From: Octopus sinensis
Lineage: Eukaryota
DNA length: 64,000 nucleotides
NCBI RefSeq assembly: GCF_006345805.1
Contig: NC_042998.1
Span: 190,898,001-190,962,000 of the forward strand
Direction: 5' to 3'
Below the pieces are notes generated by a model. It had not been told where the DNA came from and ran no database searches. It saw only the letters and a list, made by a program, of their open reading frames with translations. The translations under genes were made by a program, and so were the position numbers. Each line of letters begins with the position of its first letter. Positions within the stretch are counted from its first letter, which is position 1. Shown piece by piece: positions 1-13,539 of this stretch.

Positions 1-31
1 TGTGTTTGTATCCATCCATCCATATATATAT

Positions 32-65
<34 letters not shown>

Positions 66-240
66 GTCAAAAATTGTGAAGTATGACTGTCACCACTACT
101 TCATGAACATGAAAATTGCAGAATTTAATGCATGAAAGTACTAGTTCAATCAGAATGAACATTTAACATTCTATTATTTTATTTTAATTTTATAAGATTG
201 TAAATAAAACGTGAAAATCAGACAAGGTTGGAATTGCTTT

Positions 241-282
<42 letters not shown>

Positions 283-629
283 TTACATTAATCAGACTCA
301 TATACATGTACACACACACGCACACACACACACACACATGAGGATACTGGCCTAAAAATACTAACTCACATATTGCATAGTGGGGCATAAATTTGATCAT
401 GTTTTATTATTTTCTTCATTTTTTTTACTCTCCCAAATTTGCTGCTGTGTTGCAAATATTAAATAAAAAGTTACAATATTCAATAAAAAGTTTTGATATA
501 TTTCACGACGCCTTACATACTCTGTACCTAACTTCCAAATCTTTTCCTGAATGCGTTAAATATGATCTTACATCTTTTAACAACCTTTATATTTCCTCTC
601 CCTGTTAATTTTTTTTCTCTTTTTATGAT

Positions 630-790
630 TCAGTATCTTCGCAGAACCGTTAGACTGTCGGACTAAAGGATTTCTGTTATTTAAATATTTTCTTATAAGT
701 TCAGATTTTGTATCCTACCGATGTCGACTTTCTCTTTTACAGTTCCGATGATCGATAAAATAAAGTCAAAGCATCAAGATAGATTTAATT
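630..790 (+). mobile_element. Degenerate SINE family 1-like remnant
   Basis: gcagaaccgttag...gttcagatt...gtcgactttctctttt...gatcgataaaataaagt resembles the intact copy at 7947. Confidence 0.4.
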
Positions 791-1850
791 TGCCTTTTCA
801 TCTTTCCCTAACTAAAGATCGAGGCTTTGTGCTTGTGTCGAAGTCGACAATTTACAGTTGCATAAAGAATATATATATATATATATATATAGCAGTTGGT
901 ACGAGATAACAGATGTTGTTGTATCTCATTTGAAAAGTCTTTTTATTAACCCCTAATCGAGAATAGTGTTAGGGCATGTACTTAATCCTAGTTTCAGAGA
1001 CGCAACTTTACTGAGTGGAACGCCAATCAAAAGCAAGCGTCCTCTTTTGTTTAATAAAATCAGACATGTAGAATAGTGTTGTTCTTGCAGTTGTTAATAA
1101 TGATGTAAATGTTGTTAGACTCAAGTTATCCAACGCCATCTTTGAACTACGAAGTATATATAATAAATTAATCATTAAACTACAGCATATTAATTTCTTA
1201 TATAGGTACAAATTCACAAACGTTGAAAGAGGTGTAATAATATAGAGTTGGTCAAATCAGCCTTAGTGATTGACTTATATTTAAGTCTATCGACCCTGAA
1301 ACATAGAAGTTAAAATTGACCTTACCAGTATTTAAACTTCGGATGCAAGAGGACATATATCATAAAATCAATGCAAGAGCACTAGTCATTAAGCCGAGCA
1401 TCGACATTGCATATTAATTATCGTACAAAACCATCCAGGGAATCCATTTTGTCCAGACAGACATTAAAACACATATACACAAACAAGTATCGAGTATGAT
1501 CTTGTATGAGATAGAGGCATAGGATATCCGGAGCTATTTACAATCGATTGAACTTAATTGTTCGGATGATTACCTGCAGACCATAGGTATGTTGAATCAA
1601 TGCTGATTTGTTATACAAGAATAGGCTGGAGAGTGAAAATAGTAAAACTTGCTAAAACTGCTATACATTGTTTTAAAAGTCTTGTTCGAATGTTAAGAGG
1701 CAAAACCATGATGCTTTTCAGGATTTGTGAAACTGGAAGATGGAAGAGAAGATGTTATCATCAGGCTGGATAACCCGGACAAGCTGCTCGCAACAAAGTA
1801 GACTCTGCTAACAACGTCCAAAGAGTAGGTGGTGGTGTGAAACCGGATAG

Positions 1851-2320
1851 AAATAAGTGATATAATTTCATATCAAATTTTACACGCGCTGGTTAAAAGT
1901 TATGTTATCTGGAAACAATGAACCGCATGCAACATACTGTTAGAGTTATCCCCCACCCCACATCTTGGAGCAGGCACCATTTTACTTTTATTTATTCATA
2001 TATTTATTGCAAGAGTTAATCACCTTCGACATGAAAACCACTGCAATTATAGGTCTCCTGTTATAATATTAATTACCTGATCAAAATGAAATTTGTTACA
2101 TTGACAGCACTAACAGTACTAATCCTTCATGAACAACAGTTTTAAATCATCGCTTACTCTTCAAAGTATACAATTGTCCAGATTATAGGTAATCTAACCC
2201 TCCCACCGTTTTGACCATCGTAGTTGCCAGCTTTTATGAAATGATCGCTAACAACACAGCAAAGTTTCATTATCTCGACAGCATCAGCCCTTGTGGCCAA
2301 TGAAAGAAATCATTATCTCG
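1851..2320 (+). repeat. Left arm of long inverted repeat (pairs with 3742-4220)
   Basis: Reverse complement of 3742-4220; about 18 substitutions and 4 indels over ~470 bp by manual alignment. Confidence 0.95.
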
Positions 2321-3741
2321 AAAGTCTGCCACTGAAAAACAGAATTGTTTTTTGCCAGCGGGATTCTACGCCGCTTCCATTAATATTATGTCAGTCACAT
2401 AGCTTCTATCGAACCTTTACAGCAAAAAATATTACTTACTCAAAGCACCACGTGGTGGGATCGAATTTTCCTAGTTTCAAATCTATCATCAATTAGCCGT
2501 ACATATGGTTTATCTAATTAATAAATCTGTAGATTGCCTCTGTTATTTCCCTACGTGCCAAGGCTTAAACAGTCGCAGCTGGTTTGAAGTTACACGAGAA
2601 CAAGAATAAACGATAATAAGTTGAAGTCACTTTAAAATATTTCAATGGCTCTTATAAAAATATGCTTAGAGCTAGATGTAGAAATAGTTCATTGGAATAT
2701 GTTTGTAATACGCCTACACGTTATTGACGACCCTGTTAGATCTCTATTATCTTTGAGAATTTCCAAAACATCCTTAGATTTATTTATTCCACTGAACATT
2801 CTAAGCTTCATACAATATCAAAATTATCATAATTATAAAAATAGAAAATGGTGTTAGAAAGAAAAAACATCATCATAATTGTCTGTCACAGCTACCTTAT
2901 CTCAACTCTGCAAAGTAAATTCTATAATCATGCTTTGTTAGTTACATATCTCTGGTGACTAGGGTCGTTTGATCCGAGGATCAGTTTTACTTTTAGCTTC
3001 ACTAATCCCGAGTAGCTTGTATCAGTAATGCAAGTTGTTCAAGCGACGATACATCCGCTCATCTTGTAACATGTTGGCATTGATCCTTATGAAATGAACT
3101 AATTCCTATTAGCTGATTTAAAAATAAGATCTGTATTGAGAATGGCTAAAGTAATTTCTTACTATTGCCAAAGGTTTTAATCGTTGATTAGGATCCGTTT
3201 ACTCAGTGAAGATCATCCACAACGCGTCCCTGTGTGCGAATAAAAATATAATTTCCTCTCTCATTGTGTATTTAATGTATATCTAACAATTTGATTCCTA
3301 AGAGCGCACATCTTAACAGGTTTATCGATTTAAAATTAATCTATTTCCATATAGATAAATTAATGACGGTCATATGGAAAGCAATTTATTTGTTTTTTAC
3401 GATGAATTCATTGTAAAGTTTACTGCATGAATACCTCATCACATTCTTTAAGAACGAGAAAATCGAAATATTTTAGATAAAGGCTTCATTTCAAATGTAC
3501 TTCTGTGATGTTAATGTTAGAGTATGGAGTAATTAAGTATTACTGAATGACTGAGTTAATTTAATGTTGGGGCCAATCTAATATTGCTCCGAGCCTTAGG
3601 CAATTGTATGTTGCATGTAGTTGGTTGATTAAGGATTCTGGTGCCTACTTGACACTTCAGGTGATTTAATGTTGCTAGGAGACCCACGTAATTAAATGTT
3701 GCTGGATATAGTAGAATTGATATTTAATGTTCTCACTTGCA

Positions 3742-4220
3742 CGATATAATGATTTCTTTTATTGGCCACAAGGGCTGATGCTGTCGAGATAATGAAACTT
3801 TGCTGTGTTGTTAGCGATCAGTTCATAAAAGCTGGGAACTACGATGGTCAAAACGGTGGTAGAGTTAGACTACCTATAATCTGGACAATTGTGTACTTTG
3901 AAGAGTAAGCGATGATTTAAAACAGTTGTTCATGAAGGATTAGTACTGTTAGTGCTGTCAATGTAACACATTTCATTTTGATCAAGTAATTAATCTTATA
4001 ACAGGAGACCTATAATTGCGGTGGTTTTTCATTTTAAAATGTCGAAGGTGGTTAACTCTGGCAATAAATATATGACTAAATAAAAGTAAAATGGTGCCTG
4101 CTCCAAGAAGTGGGGTGGGTGATAACTCTAACAGTATGTTGCATGCGGTTCATTGTTTCCAGATAACATAACTTTTTAACCAGCGCGTGTAAAATTGATA
4201 TGAAATTATATCACTTATTT
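3742..4220 (-). repeat. Right arm of long inverted repeat (pairs with 1851-2320)
   Basis: Ends in tcacttattt, the reverse complement of aaataagtga at 1851; carries an extra 8-nt tttaaaat relative to the left arm. Confidence 0.95.
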
Positions 4221-6374
4221 ATTTAGGAAATGGGAAAAGTCATTCGATTTCTTTCCCCATCTCTATTACATCGTAAATTCTAGAAACTGAATCCTCCTGC
4301 ATCGTAAACTCTGAGTTTCACGTTTCCAAATCGGAAACACGAATCTCTGATCTTACTTTTAAAGAGGCTTCAAATTCTAATAAAATATACATACTCTTCT
4401 ATAAGTATTGAGTTCTTTTCGCTCCGTTTGCAAACACCAACGTTCATCATGCATATAAAAACACACATAAATGTCAATGTGTGAATTCATAGACTTGTAT
4501 ACACACGTATTTCCCTCTCGCAAACATTTCCCATATACCTGTTAGTGGGTATCACTTGCAAGTAATTCCTCAACATAAACTTCACGAAAAGCTTGCCTTT
4601 TAATTATCGGCTTTGTGCAATTCTGTCAAGGATATTCGACAAAATTAATATTTGTATCGTTTAATATGATCCTACCAAGTGTTGCACAAATCTAGAATTA
4701 ATATTGATTGAAATTGGAACATCACTTACCAATCTGATAACGGACAGAAACAAAAATCAATTTCAGAATTAATTTTCGACGTTAATTTTAATATTTGATC
4801 CCGACACTATCTGGAAATATAATTTTTGAAGACCTAAGTCAATGTAGGTTATTAGATCGTGGCTGCCGTCACTCATACTTCGGTAATTTATGATCAGGTT
4901 TCAAGCTATAGAATATTTCAGTGTGGGAAGATCTGATTGTTTAATTAAAGTGAGTTTTAGTAGTGCATTTCCACTTTTAGGTATTATTTGAAAAAAAAAG
5001 TAATGAATAAAATAAACGAACAAGAAACCCTAACAAAAAGCACCAAAAAAAAAACCTCCACACCGAAAAAGAAAAAAAAGCCTCCACACCGAAAAAGAAA
5101 GAAAAAGCAGATAAACTCTCATAACAGGACACAACTATGTTAAATACTATTCTCCACTGTTTTATAGATTAAAAGACAAAGAAACGTGGTAAATTGAAGA
5201 TAATTTACAAAACTGATAGTATAAAGAATGCTGCACCCATAAGCTCAATATCTGGATGATATTTATAAGTTTATCACAACTGTGATATTTGCCTATGCAT
5301 AATGTTCATTTGAAGTGAAAATTCATAGAGCGTGTAGCTTACCTCATTAAACTATTATTCTTGCCAAAAGAAAACTTGAATAACTATTATTTCTGCCAAC
5401 AGAATACTTGAATAAGTTTATATGCAGCAAAAATGGCAAAATTTAAGTTTTACCTTTTAGGTGTAACTTGTTTCCAACTCAAGTAAGAATACTACATGTT
5501 ACTCTTTCCTCACAAATCGCAAAATTGTACACTCCTATACACCTCATAATAAGTAACTTATCAAAATCTCCCTCTTTTCATTAGTTTCCACCAGTTTCCA
5601 CTAGGTTCCTCGATTTCCAGATTTGACTTTGATACGTCTGTCCTTTACAAATAGCGGAATTAACTGCATGGTATCTAGGTTGTAAACACAAGATTCTCAC
5701 TTGAATGATGTTGGACTTATTTTTGGTTCTTACGTCTTCAGTTTTGGTAGATGAGTTAGAGGAGATATTAAAATGAAAAGACAAATACCTAGCAGTGTTT
5801 GCTCCAGTTCTCGCTCACATCCAGCTAAGGTCAACTTAGATTTTAATTTTTGCAGGTTGATAAAATTTGGTACCACTCACCTCAGATTTGGGTGATGGAT
5901 TGACGGAAAAGTTAGAGTGCAGCAATAATACATTATAGTGTTTCTTTTCTTATCTTTTTAGTTTTTGGTTAGAGATTTTAACCGTAGGAAGGATTAGCAC
6001 TACCTGGTCCTTCGATGCGTCTGTTAAGCGAGGTCCCTCCCGGTCACGAAGCCTCTGAGAAATTAAGAGTGCTGCCTTTCTTCTCTAACTAAACGGTAAA
6101 AAATTCATGGAACTTCAACATGTCCTGTTCAATCAGTGTAAATAAACCTTATCCCATACGGCCGCTAGGTTCTTAATAAAAAATAAACCTCACTGCTTGG
6201 TACGATGGGAAAGATTTCTTGATCCTGAACTGATTTACCAAGAAGACAATTCATTTAAAAAAGAGTAAAGACGTATGTTAATATATGTCCTAGATACAAT
6301 TTGAGAAAAAATAAAACAAGTGGTCACAAATGGATTTACTTCTAATAGTAATTCTTACTTTCTTTCTTTTGTAC

Positions 6375-6570
6375 AAAACCAGCGATTTTAGGGGAGGGTG
6401 TTTACCAATTACTTTGATCTCAGTCCTCAAATGGTACTTATTTTATCGACCTCGAAAGGATAAGATGTAAATTCAGCTTAGGTTGAATTTGAACTCAGAA
6501 CGTAAAATAGACAAGAAATGTCACATAGAATTTTGTCAACACAACAAAGATTCTGCGAGCTTGATGGCTT
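6375..6570 (-). mobile_element. Degenerate SINE family 1-like remnant
   Basis: ggtacttattttatcgacctcgaaaggat...gaatttgaactcagaacgta matches the copy at 38387-38616. Confidence 0.6.
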
Positions 6571-6869
6571 AATAATAAGTAATATGAATAGTAATGATGA
6601 GAAGGAGGTGGATGAGGATGAGGATGAAGAGTAGAAAGAGGAGGAGAGTTGGACTGACAAAATCGGCAGACTTTTGGGCAAAAAGGCTTTCGGTATTCAC
6701 GTATCTTTCCTGACTCCAATTCAAATTCCACCGAAGACAGCTCTTTCTCGCAACCATCCCGGTTGGAGGAAATAGTAAAATCTTTGGATCAGTTTAATCG
6801 ATTATTTTAGTCTCAAATATTTAACCGTTTACCAGCGTAAGAAATCCAAGTTATAAGCCATCAGTAATA

Positions 6870-7060
6870 TTTTTTTGGGAGTGGGAGAGGTAGGGCTAAA
6901 TTATAGTAACTGAGATAGACCCTCAGTTCTTGACTTGTTCCTATTTTTATCGACCCCAGAAGGATGGAGGGCAAACGTGATGCCAGCTGGAGTTGAACGT
7001 AAAAATAGAAATGCAACTAAACCTTGCAAAGCCTTTACGCCGGCACTTTTCGAATTTTGA
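6870..7060 (-). mobile_element. Degenerate SINE family 1-like remnant
   Basis: ttttatcgaccccagaaggatggagggcaaa...gttgaacgtaaa matches the same family. Confidence 0.5.
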
Positions 7061-7946
7061 AAACCAGAGCAAATCCTTAAATATCGAGAGAAGGAATCAC
7101 GGTATCATTCAATCCTGCTGAATATCCACTTCTAATTGAACATATACTCTAAAATAAACATCTACTTTTCTGACATAGTCCATTAATTATTTCAATATAT
7201 TAAAACTAACGGCTAGCAATGAAATGAATATCCAATGATTTAATAATTGAATTTGAATCAGATAAATACACTATAGCAGCCATTTATATATTTAGCGGCA
7301 AATGAAAGAGATTCTAAAATATTTTGATTGGTTAACTATTTGTAATTTACTGAGAATCATAAATGTCACGAGAATTTCCCCGACCATTTGTTTCATTCAT
7401 AAAAGATTATACCGCACTAAAACACCAATATACTTTCTATATATGTTACTTATATATAATACCCTATCAATAAAGTGTTCGGAGGACAACGCGAGAGGTT
7501 TAAATAATATTTTGAAATGTCTAATGTTATATTTAATAGTTATTAATCAAATGAATAAAAAGAGAGAAAAAAGGAACTAGACTCGCTGACGTTTCGTGTA
7601 AGATTAACCCGTTCCCAAGCATAATTTAGTTTTGGTCTATGGAACATATGTGTTCATACTGTAAATAAAAACCCCAACAGATTCTTACTGAAGTATAGAG
7701 TTGATTATGAAGAAGTAGCAGGCGATGCACATTCATCTTGTGTTTAGTTTGTTGTTGACGTAGAATCATTGAGAACAAAAAAAGATAAGTGATAATTGTT
7801 TTGAAAGTGTTACTATTTAGCTCATAACAGATCTGATTTTGTAGAGGTATGGTTGAAACCATTCAATCAGTGACTATTCTTTCCTCTTTTGATGTTCTTT
7901 GTACAATATAACGTGCGACGGACTACATATACCAATCTATGATTTC

Positions 7947-8364
7947 CCATGGCGGCGAACCGGCAGAAGCGTTAGCGCGCCGGGCGAAATGCTTAGCGGT
8001 ATTTCGTCTGTCGTTACGTTGTGAGTTCAAATTCCGCCGAGGTCGACTTTGCCTTTCATCCTTTCGGTGTCGATAAATTAAGTACCAGTTTCGCACTGGG
8101 GTCGATATAATCCTCTTAATCCCTTTGTCTGTCCTGGTTTGTCCCTTCTATGTTTAGCCCTTTGTGGGTAATAAAGAAATAGGTATTTCGTCTGTCGCTA
8201 CGTTCTGAGTTCAAATTCCGCCGAGGTCGACTTTGTCTTTCATCCTTTCGGGGTTGATAAATAAAGTACCATTTTCGCCCTGGGGTCGATGTAATCGACT
8301 TAATCCCTTTGTCTGTCCTTGTTTGTCCCCTCTATGTTTAGCCCCTTGTGGGTAGTAAAGAAAT
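7947..8364 (+). mobile_element. tRNA-derived SINE family 1, partial tandem dimer with 20-bp TSD
   Basis: Head ggcggcgaaccggcagaagc; B box gttcaaattcc at 8025 and 8209; 8182-8364 repeats 7998-8180; TSD atataccaatctatgatttc at 7927-7946 and 8365-8384. Confidence 0.92.
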
Positions 8365-9199
8365 ATATACCAATCTATGATTTCTCTTTCCTGAGATTTA
8401 ACTACTATTTCTAGTAGGTCGAGCAAGATGAAGGTAGAATCTAGTATTATTATTTGGTGTGTTAATTTTTATCGTATTGTTTGGAAACGTTTTGCTAATT
8501 CCTTTGATTTTGCTCACAACTGAAAGGATAGTATACTTCATTGTTCTTTACAGTTTTTATTTGTGTGAATTAAATGTGTAAATGGTTTTCTGGTAAGTCT
8601 ACATAAAGATTCTTAAGATAAACACGCACTAGTTTTAAAATTTGAAATTAGCAACCGTCAGGTGGGAAAACAATTTATTCATGGTGCTGTTTGTATTTGC
8701 TTGTTTGACAATTTCACTATAGCTTTTTGATGTTACTGATATGGAAGATGTTACGGATATATTTGTTGCATTTGTAGTTTTCTTTTCAATTCATTCTCCG
8801 CTAGAACATGATTTTAAAGAGTATTTTATAATCAATTAACATTGGTTTCTTACATAATCATGTATATGTATACTGAGTTTGTTTAAAAGCTATGATAAAA
8901 TAGATTAATCTTTCATCTACTGTGTATTTCAGTATCCAACGCTAACAATTGTTTGAATTATTTTCTTCACTTTTCATTTAGATATTGAATAAATGTTATT
9001 AACAGTGGTGGTTCTTCCTACAGAGTTAGCAGATAATATATTATTATATTACATTATTTTACTGCATTCTTAGGTGTCAGTTAAGTTATAGTATTTGGTG
9101 TTACATGACACATATTTTGTATACATTCAAAACAGTGTGGGTACTAGGTAGCTGTGATGTATTAAATAACCAGAACGAAAATAAGGTATATACGTTTAC

Positions 9200-9236
9200 A
9201 TATATATATATACATACACGTGTATATATATATATA

Positions 9237-9290
<54 letters not shown>

Positions 9291-9473
9291 ATATATATAT
9301 ATATATATATATTTGTATATAATATATATATATATATATATATATTTGTATGTATATTTATATATATATATGTATATATATTTGAATGTATATATATATA
9401 TATATATATAATATTTGTATGTATATATATATATATTTGTGTGTAAATATATATTTGTAATATATATATAATA

Positions 9474-9517
<44 letters not shown>

Positions 9518-9532
9518 GTGTAAATATATATT

Positions 9533-9573
<41 letters not shown>

Positions 9574-9600
9574 GTGTAAATATATATTTGTGTGTATATA

Positions 9601-9654
<54 letters not shown>

Positions 9655-9830
9655 ATATATATATATTATATTATATATATATTTGTATATATATATATAT
9701 AAATATGTTTATATATATATATATATATATATTTGTGTGTAAATATATATTTGTATATATATCTATATATATATATATATTTGTATATATATATACAAGT
9801 GTATGTATTTGTATATATATATATGAATAT
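9200..9830. repeat. Compound (TA)n microsatellite with higher-order unit
   Basis: Long TA runs interrupted by tttgtgtgtaaatatatatttg at 9436, 9513, 9569 and 9732. Confidence 0.95.
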
Positions 9831-10631
9831 GTGTATGTGTGAGTATATACACACACACATATGTTCATATACACTCACACACAACACATATGCATGTGCA
9901 CGCACACGTATGTATACGTCTTCAGTTTTGTTTCAATGCAAAGAACAAATAATCCCCTGGAAAGAGTCACAGAAGCAAGTCACAAATGAAATCTCATATG
10001 GAAATAGAAAGCAAAAATTTTCCAAGGGTTGCGCAGTTCTGGAGGTTTTAGGCTGTTTCTGTTAAATAGCAACACAAAAAGAAATTTAACGCTGGGTTAC
10101 TACTTGAAAAAGGGAAGTAAGTTGTATTGAAAAGTATGACATGTTGCACATATAGTATATTACTTAGTTACACGCTTGACTAGTTTTTTAGTGACATACT
10201 TTCAGATTGGTTTATCATCGATAGTGATACTAAAATTACGTTTCTTATTTCTTTCTTTTTTTCTTGATTGACATATAGACATTTAAGAGTAAAGTTTTCA
10301 GAATTTAAGAAATAACGATGCAACCATTGTTATTATGAATATCATTATAGAAAGACAATGGATTATTTGAAGGAAAGACCATAACATTTTGGGCTGGATC
10401 CTTATCCAGAAAGCGAAGGTCTCACCAACCAAAAGAGTTGAAACACTAATTATATATCGTTATATTTTTCTATCAAATAGTATCTATGTAATTTCGTATA
10501 CTTTCATGCTGATACAAATACATACGGAGAAGGAGAGAGGAGAGGGAGAGTGGGGTGGTTGTATCATAGGTAGATATTGGGTTAGATAGAATGATGAGAT
10601 GCAGAGAAAGAGTTATTGTGATAAGATTGTG

Positions 10632-10768
10632 ATCACATCTAATTCCTCTCCACCTCCAATCTCCATGGAAACCCAACTGCACAACTACATTTCTGTAGAA
10701 TTTCGCAAGTCGCTTTTAACATACCCGTTGCTTTTCGTAAGGAACACCGATTACTAAGGGTAGTAGTT

Positions 10769-10836
<68 letters not shown>

Positions 10837-10955
10837 TAATGCTTTGTCTATGCTTTGCGTCGTCCTAGCGTGTCTCTTAAATCTTCAGCTTAGGGAGAAT
10901 TACGTGTACACATGTAGCGAAAGAGAGAGAGAGGCAGAGAGATATAAACACAACA
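10632..10955 (+). repeat. Copy A of ~0.33-kb duplicated block, includes (GTA)n and (GA)n
   Basis: About 95% identical to 15359-15715 outside the microsatellites; first 53 nt identical. Confidence 0.95.
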
Positions 10956-11432
10956 ATATACTCACACACGCATACATAAACCCAGCCACAAAAGCACACA
11001 GACGCCCACGCACACACGCGCCCACACACGCCCACGTGCGTGCATACACACACTCACTCACGAGAATATATCTTAATCACAATATACAAAGCTTTATGAT
11101 AAATTGATAAATACACTATCTTTGAGTTAGCCTGTTTGCACTAGTACACACACAAACGCGCGCGCGCATTGAGTCGAGAGAGGGGCAGCTGAAGAAGGGG
11201 AATGTTCCTTGTGTTGTTTGTCTTGTACTCTGTTTTTTCGTTGTTAAAAAAAGTCCGTTTCCTTGTTTGATTTTATGTTTTCGTTTCTCGTTGTGTTCTA
11301 CGTTTATTTGTGGTGTCCTGTACTCATATATGCATGTATATATATATACATATAGATGTAGGTATGTACATATATGTATGTATGTATGCATATGTTTTAT
11401 TTATTAAATTGTTATTATATATATATAAATTG

Positions 11433-11668
11433 ACACTCCGTCGATTACAACGACGAGGGTTCCAGTTCATCCGTACAAGTGACTGAGCACTCCACAGACA
11501 TGCGTACCCTTAACGTAGTTCTCAGGGTCATTCAGCGTGACACAGAATATGACAAGGCTGGCCCTTTGAAATACAGGTGTTACTCAATTTTTTGCCAGCT
11601 GATATTACTGGGGCAACGTGAAATAAAGTGCCTTGCTTAAGAACACAATGCACCGGTAGAATGGAACT
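11433..11668 (-). mobile_element. Headless SINE remnant sharing its 3' module with family 3
   Basis: cactccgtcgattacaacgacgagggttcc...gagcactccacagaca...cccttaacgtagttctc...tgaaatacagg matches 55472-55670; the central domain is different. Confidence 0.85.
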
Positions 11669-11737
11669 ATAAAAACTTGATTTGTATAGATCTCTAATCT
11701 TTTTTCATATATAATCTATATATATATAATATATATA

Positions 11738-11800
<63 letters not shown>

Positions 11801-13250
11801 TATACATACATATACATATGTATAGTACACGCAGGCTAACTCGAAGATATATATATATATATAATTACATTTTTAACCAAATATTTGTAAGATATACACG
11901 AAGTTTATGCATGTTACTGGTAGAAGTACCGCCAAATCTGGAAATAAGGTTTGAATTAAAACTTGTCTTGGTAGTGTAGTTATGATATAATATGAGTATA
12001 TATATATTTATATATGCATATATACATACCTAGATATGTATTTATAACACACACAAATACACACATATATAGATATATAGATATATATATGTGTGTGTAT
12101 ATATATATATATATATGTATGTATATATATATATATATATATATTGTATTACATTATATTATATTATGTCATATATTATATTGTATACAGTAATATCTTC
12201 AAAACAGAAAAGATTATTAATCTGTGATCAGTAGCAATTAAACCTTAGGAGGGTTGACAATGTTTAAGTGTCGTTAGAAGGAACGCGTTTAACGTTTCGG
12301 GCCTTTAGTCCATCGTCAATTATTGAGGATGGGAGAAATAGAGCAAGGTAGAGCAAGATAGATAGAGGGAGGGGGGGAGAAAGAGAACAAGAGAAGTAGA
12401 AAGAGGTTGTGACCTTCTTTGTGGACGAATTTGTGGCAACACGCGGTAGACATAGTGATAAAAGAGTTCATATAATATGGTGGATATGTGAAATCAATTA
12501 AGCGGAAAGCAGAATACATAAAATCAAACGCATGGGTAACACTATAGCTTACAACACAAGGATCTTTGAGATGTTTGTGGAATAGGACATGATTAATTCT
12601 TTTAAAGTAACACTTATATATAAAAGATGACCAGATATTAAAAGAGAATTTTGCCCTCGTTCTCATGCGTTTATGTGCTTTAAATTATAATAAATCAATT
12701 ATTTTCTTCTAACAATGTAATGGATACGTGTTAGGGGTGAAATTTAAACACACGATTACTTGTTTGTTATATCAACACAGATTATCTACGTTAGAGAATA
12801 ATATATACTTACATTCAAAAATATATATATTTGAAGAAGGCTACCGGTATATATGCTAGCAGTGACTATATACATAGGCTCCAGTTTATACGATATCCTC
12901 AGTTATGTTTTCTCCTCATAAATAATAAACTATTAATATTACATGCTAATCTTTTTTTACTCCGTTATGCACACGAGGAAGTGAAGCAGTTACACTCACA
13001 CCCAACGATCCAAACAGATTATTCAGATGCAGTTAGTGTACACACGCTGACTTATAAACAAAAGAATGTGCAGTAAAAGTATAGGTATATAATAATAATG
13101 TAGTGGGCGCGCGGAAGCGGTGTTGCAAATAAACAAACATTTAAAACAGTTCAAATATGTTTCCAACATATTTGACCTATACTAAGGCCGTATCCACTGC
13201 TATTTGCCGTTGAGAACATTGGTCGCTTTAAGTAATAGGTGTGGAAAAGT

Positions 13251-13251
<1 letters not shown>

Positions 13252-13309
<58 letters not shown>

Positions 13310-13320
13310 AATAATAATAA
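13252..13320. repeat. (AAT)n microsatellite
   Basis: Seen directly. Confidence 0.97.
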
Positions 13321-13539
13321 TCGCTGTGAAAATAACATCCATCCATGAATTTATTTATTTATTAATTTTTAAATACATATTTTATCTGTGAATTTGCGCG
13401 TGTAATCTGGGAATACATACAATGCCCTTCTCTGCCCTAGGTGTATGGAAAACACTCGGCGAGAAACGGAAGAAAATTTGAAGAAAGAAGGAAAAAACAT
13501 AATAATGATAATAATAATAATAATAGTTTCTAATTTAGA

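Noticed and set aside
1540-1850. RTE LINE C-terminal remnant
   Set aside because: Only a faint GRW...AARNK similarity; not supportable by eye.
5056-5413. Short tandem duplications (20-mer at 5056/5082; ~32-mer at 5349/5382)
   Set aside because: Ordinary slippage duplications in A-rich DNA.
5581-6120. ORF 5581-5784 and the GC-richer segment near 6.0 kb as exons
   Set aside because: In-frame stops or weak donors in every tested frame; no recognisable protein.
7585-7620. Hammerhead motif (GAAACGUC on minus)
   Set aside because: The CUGANGA half and stem II are missing.
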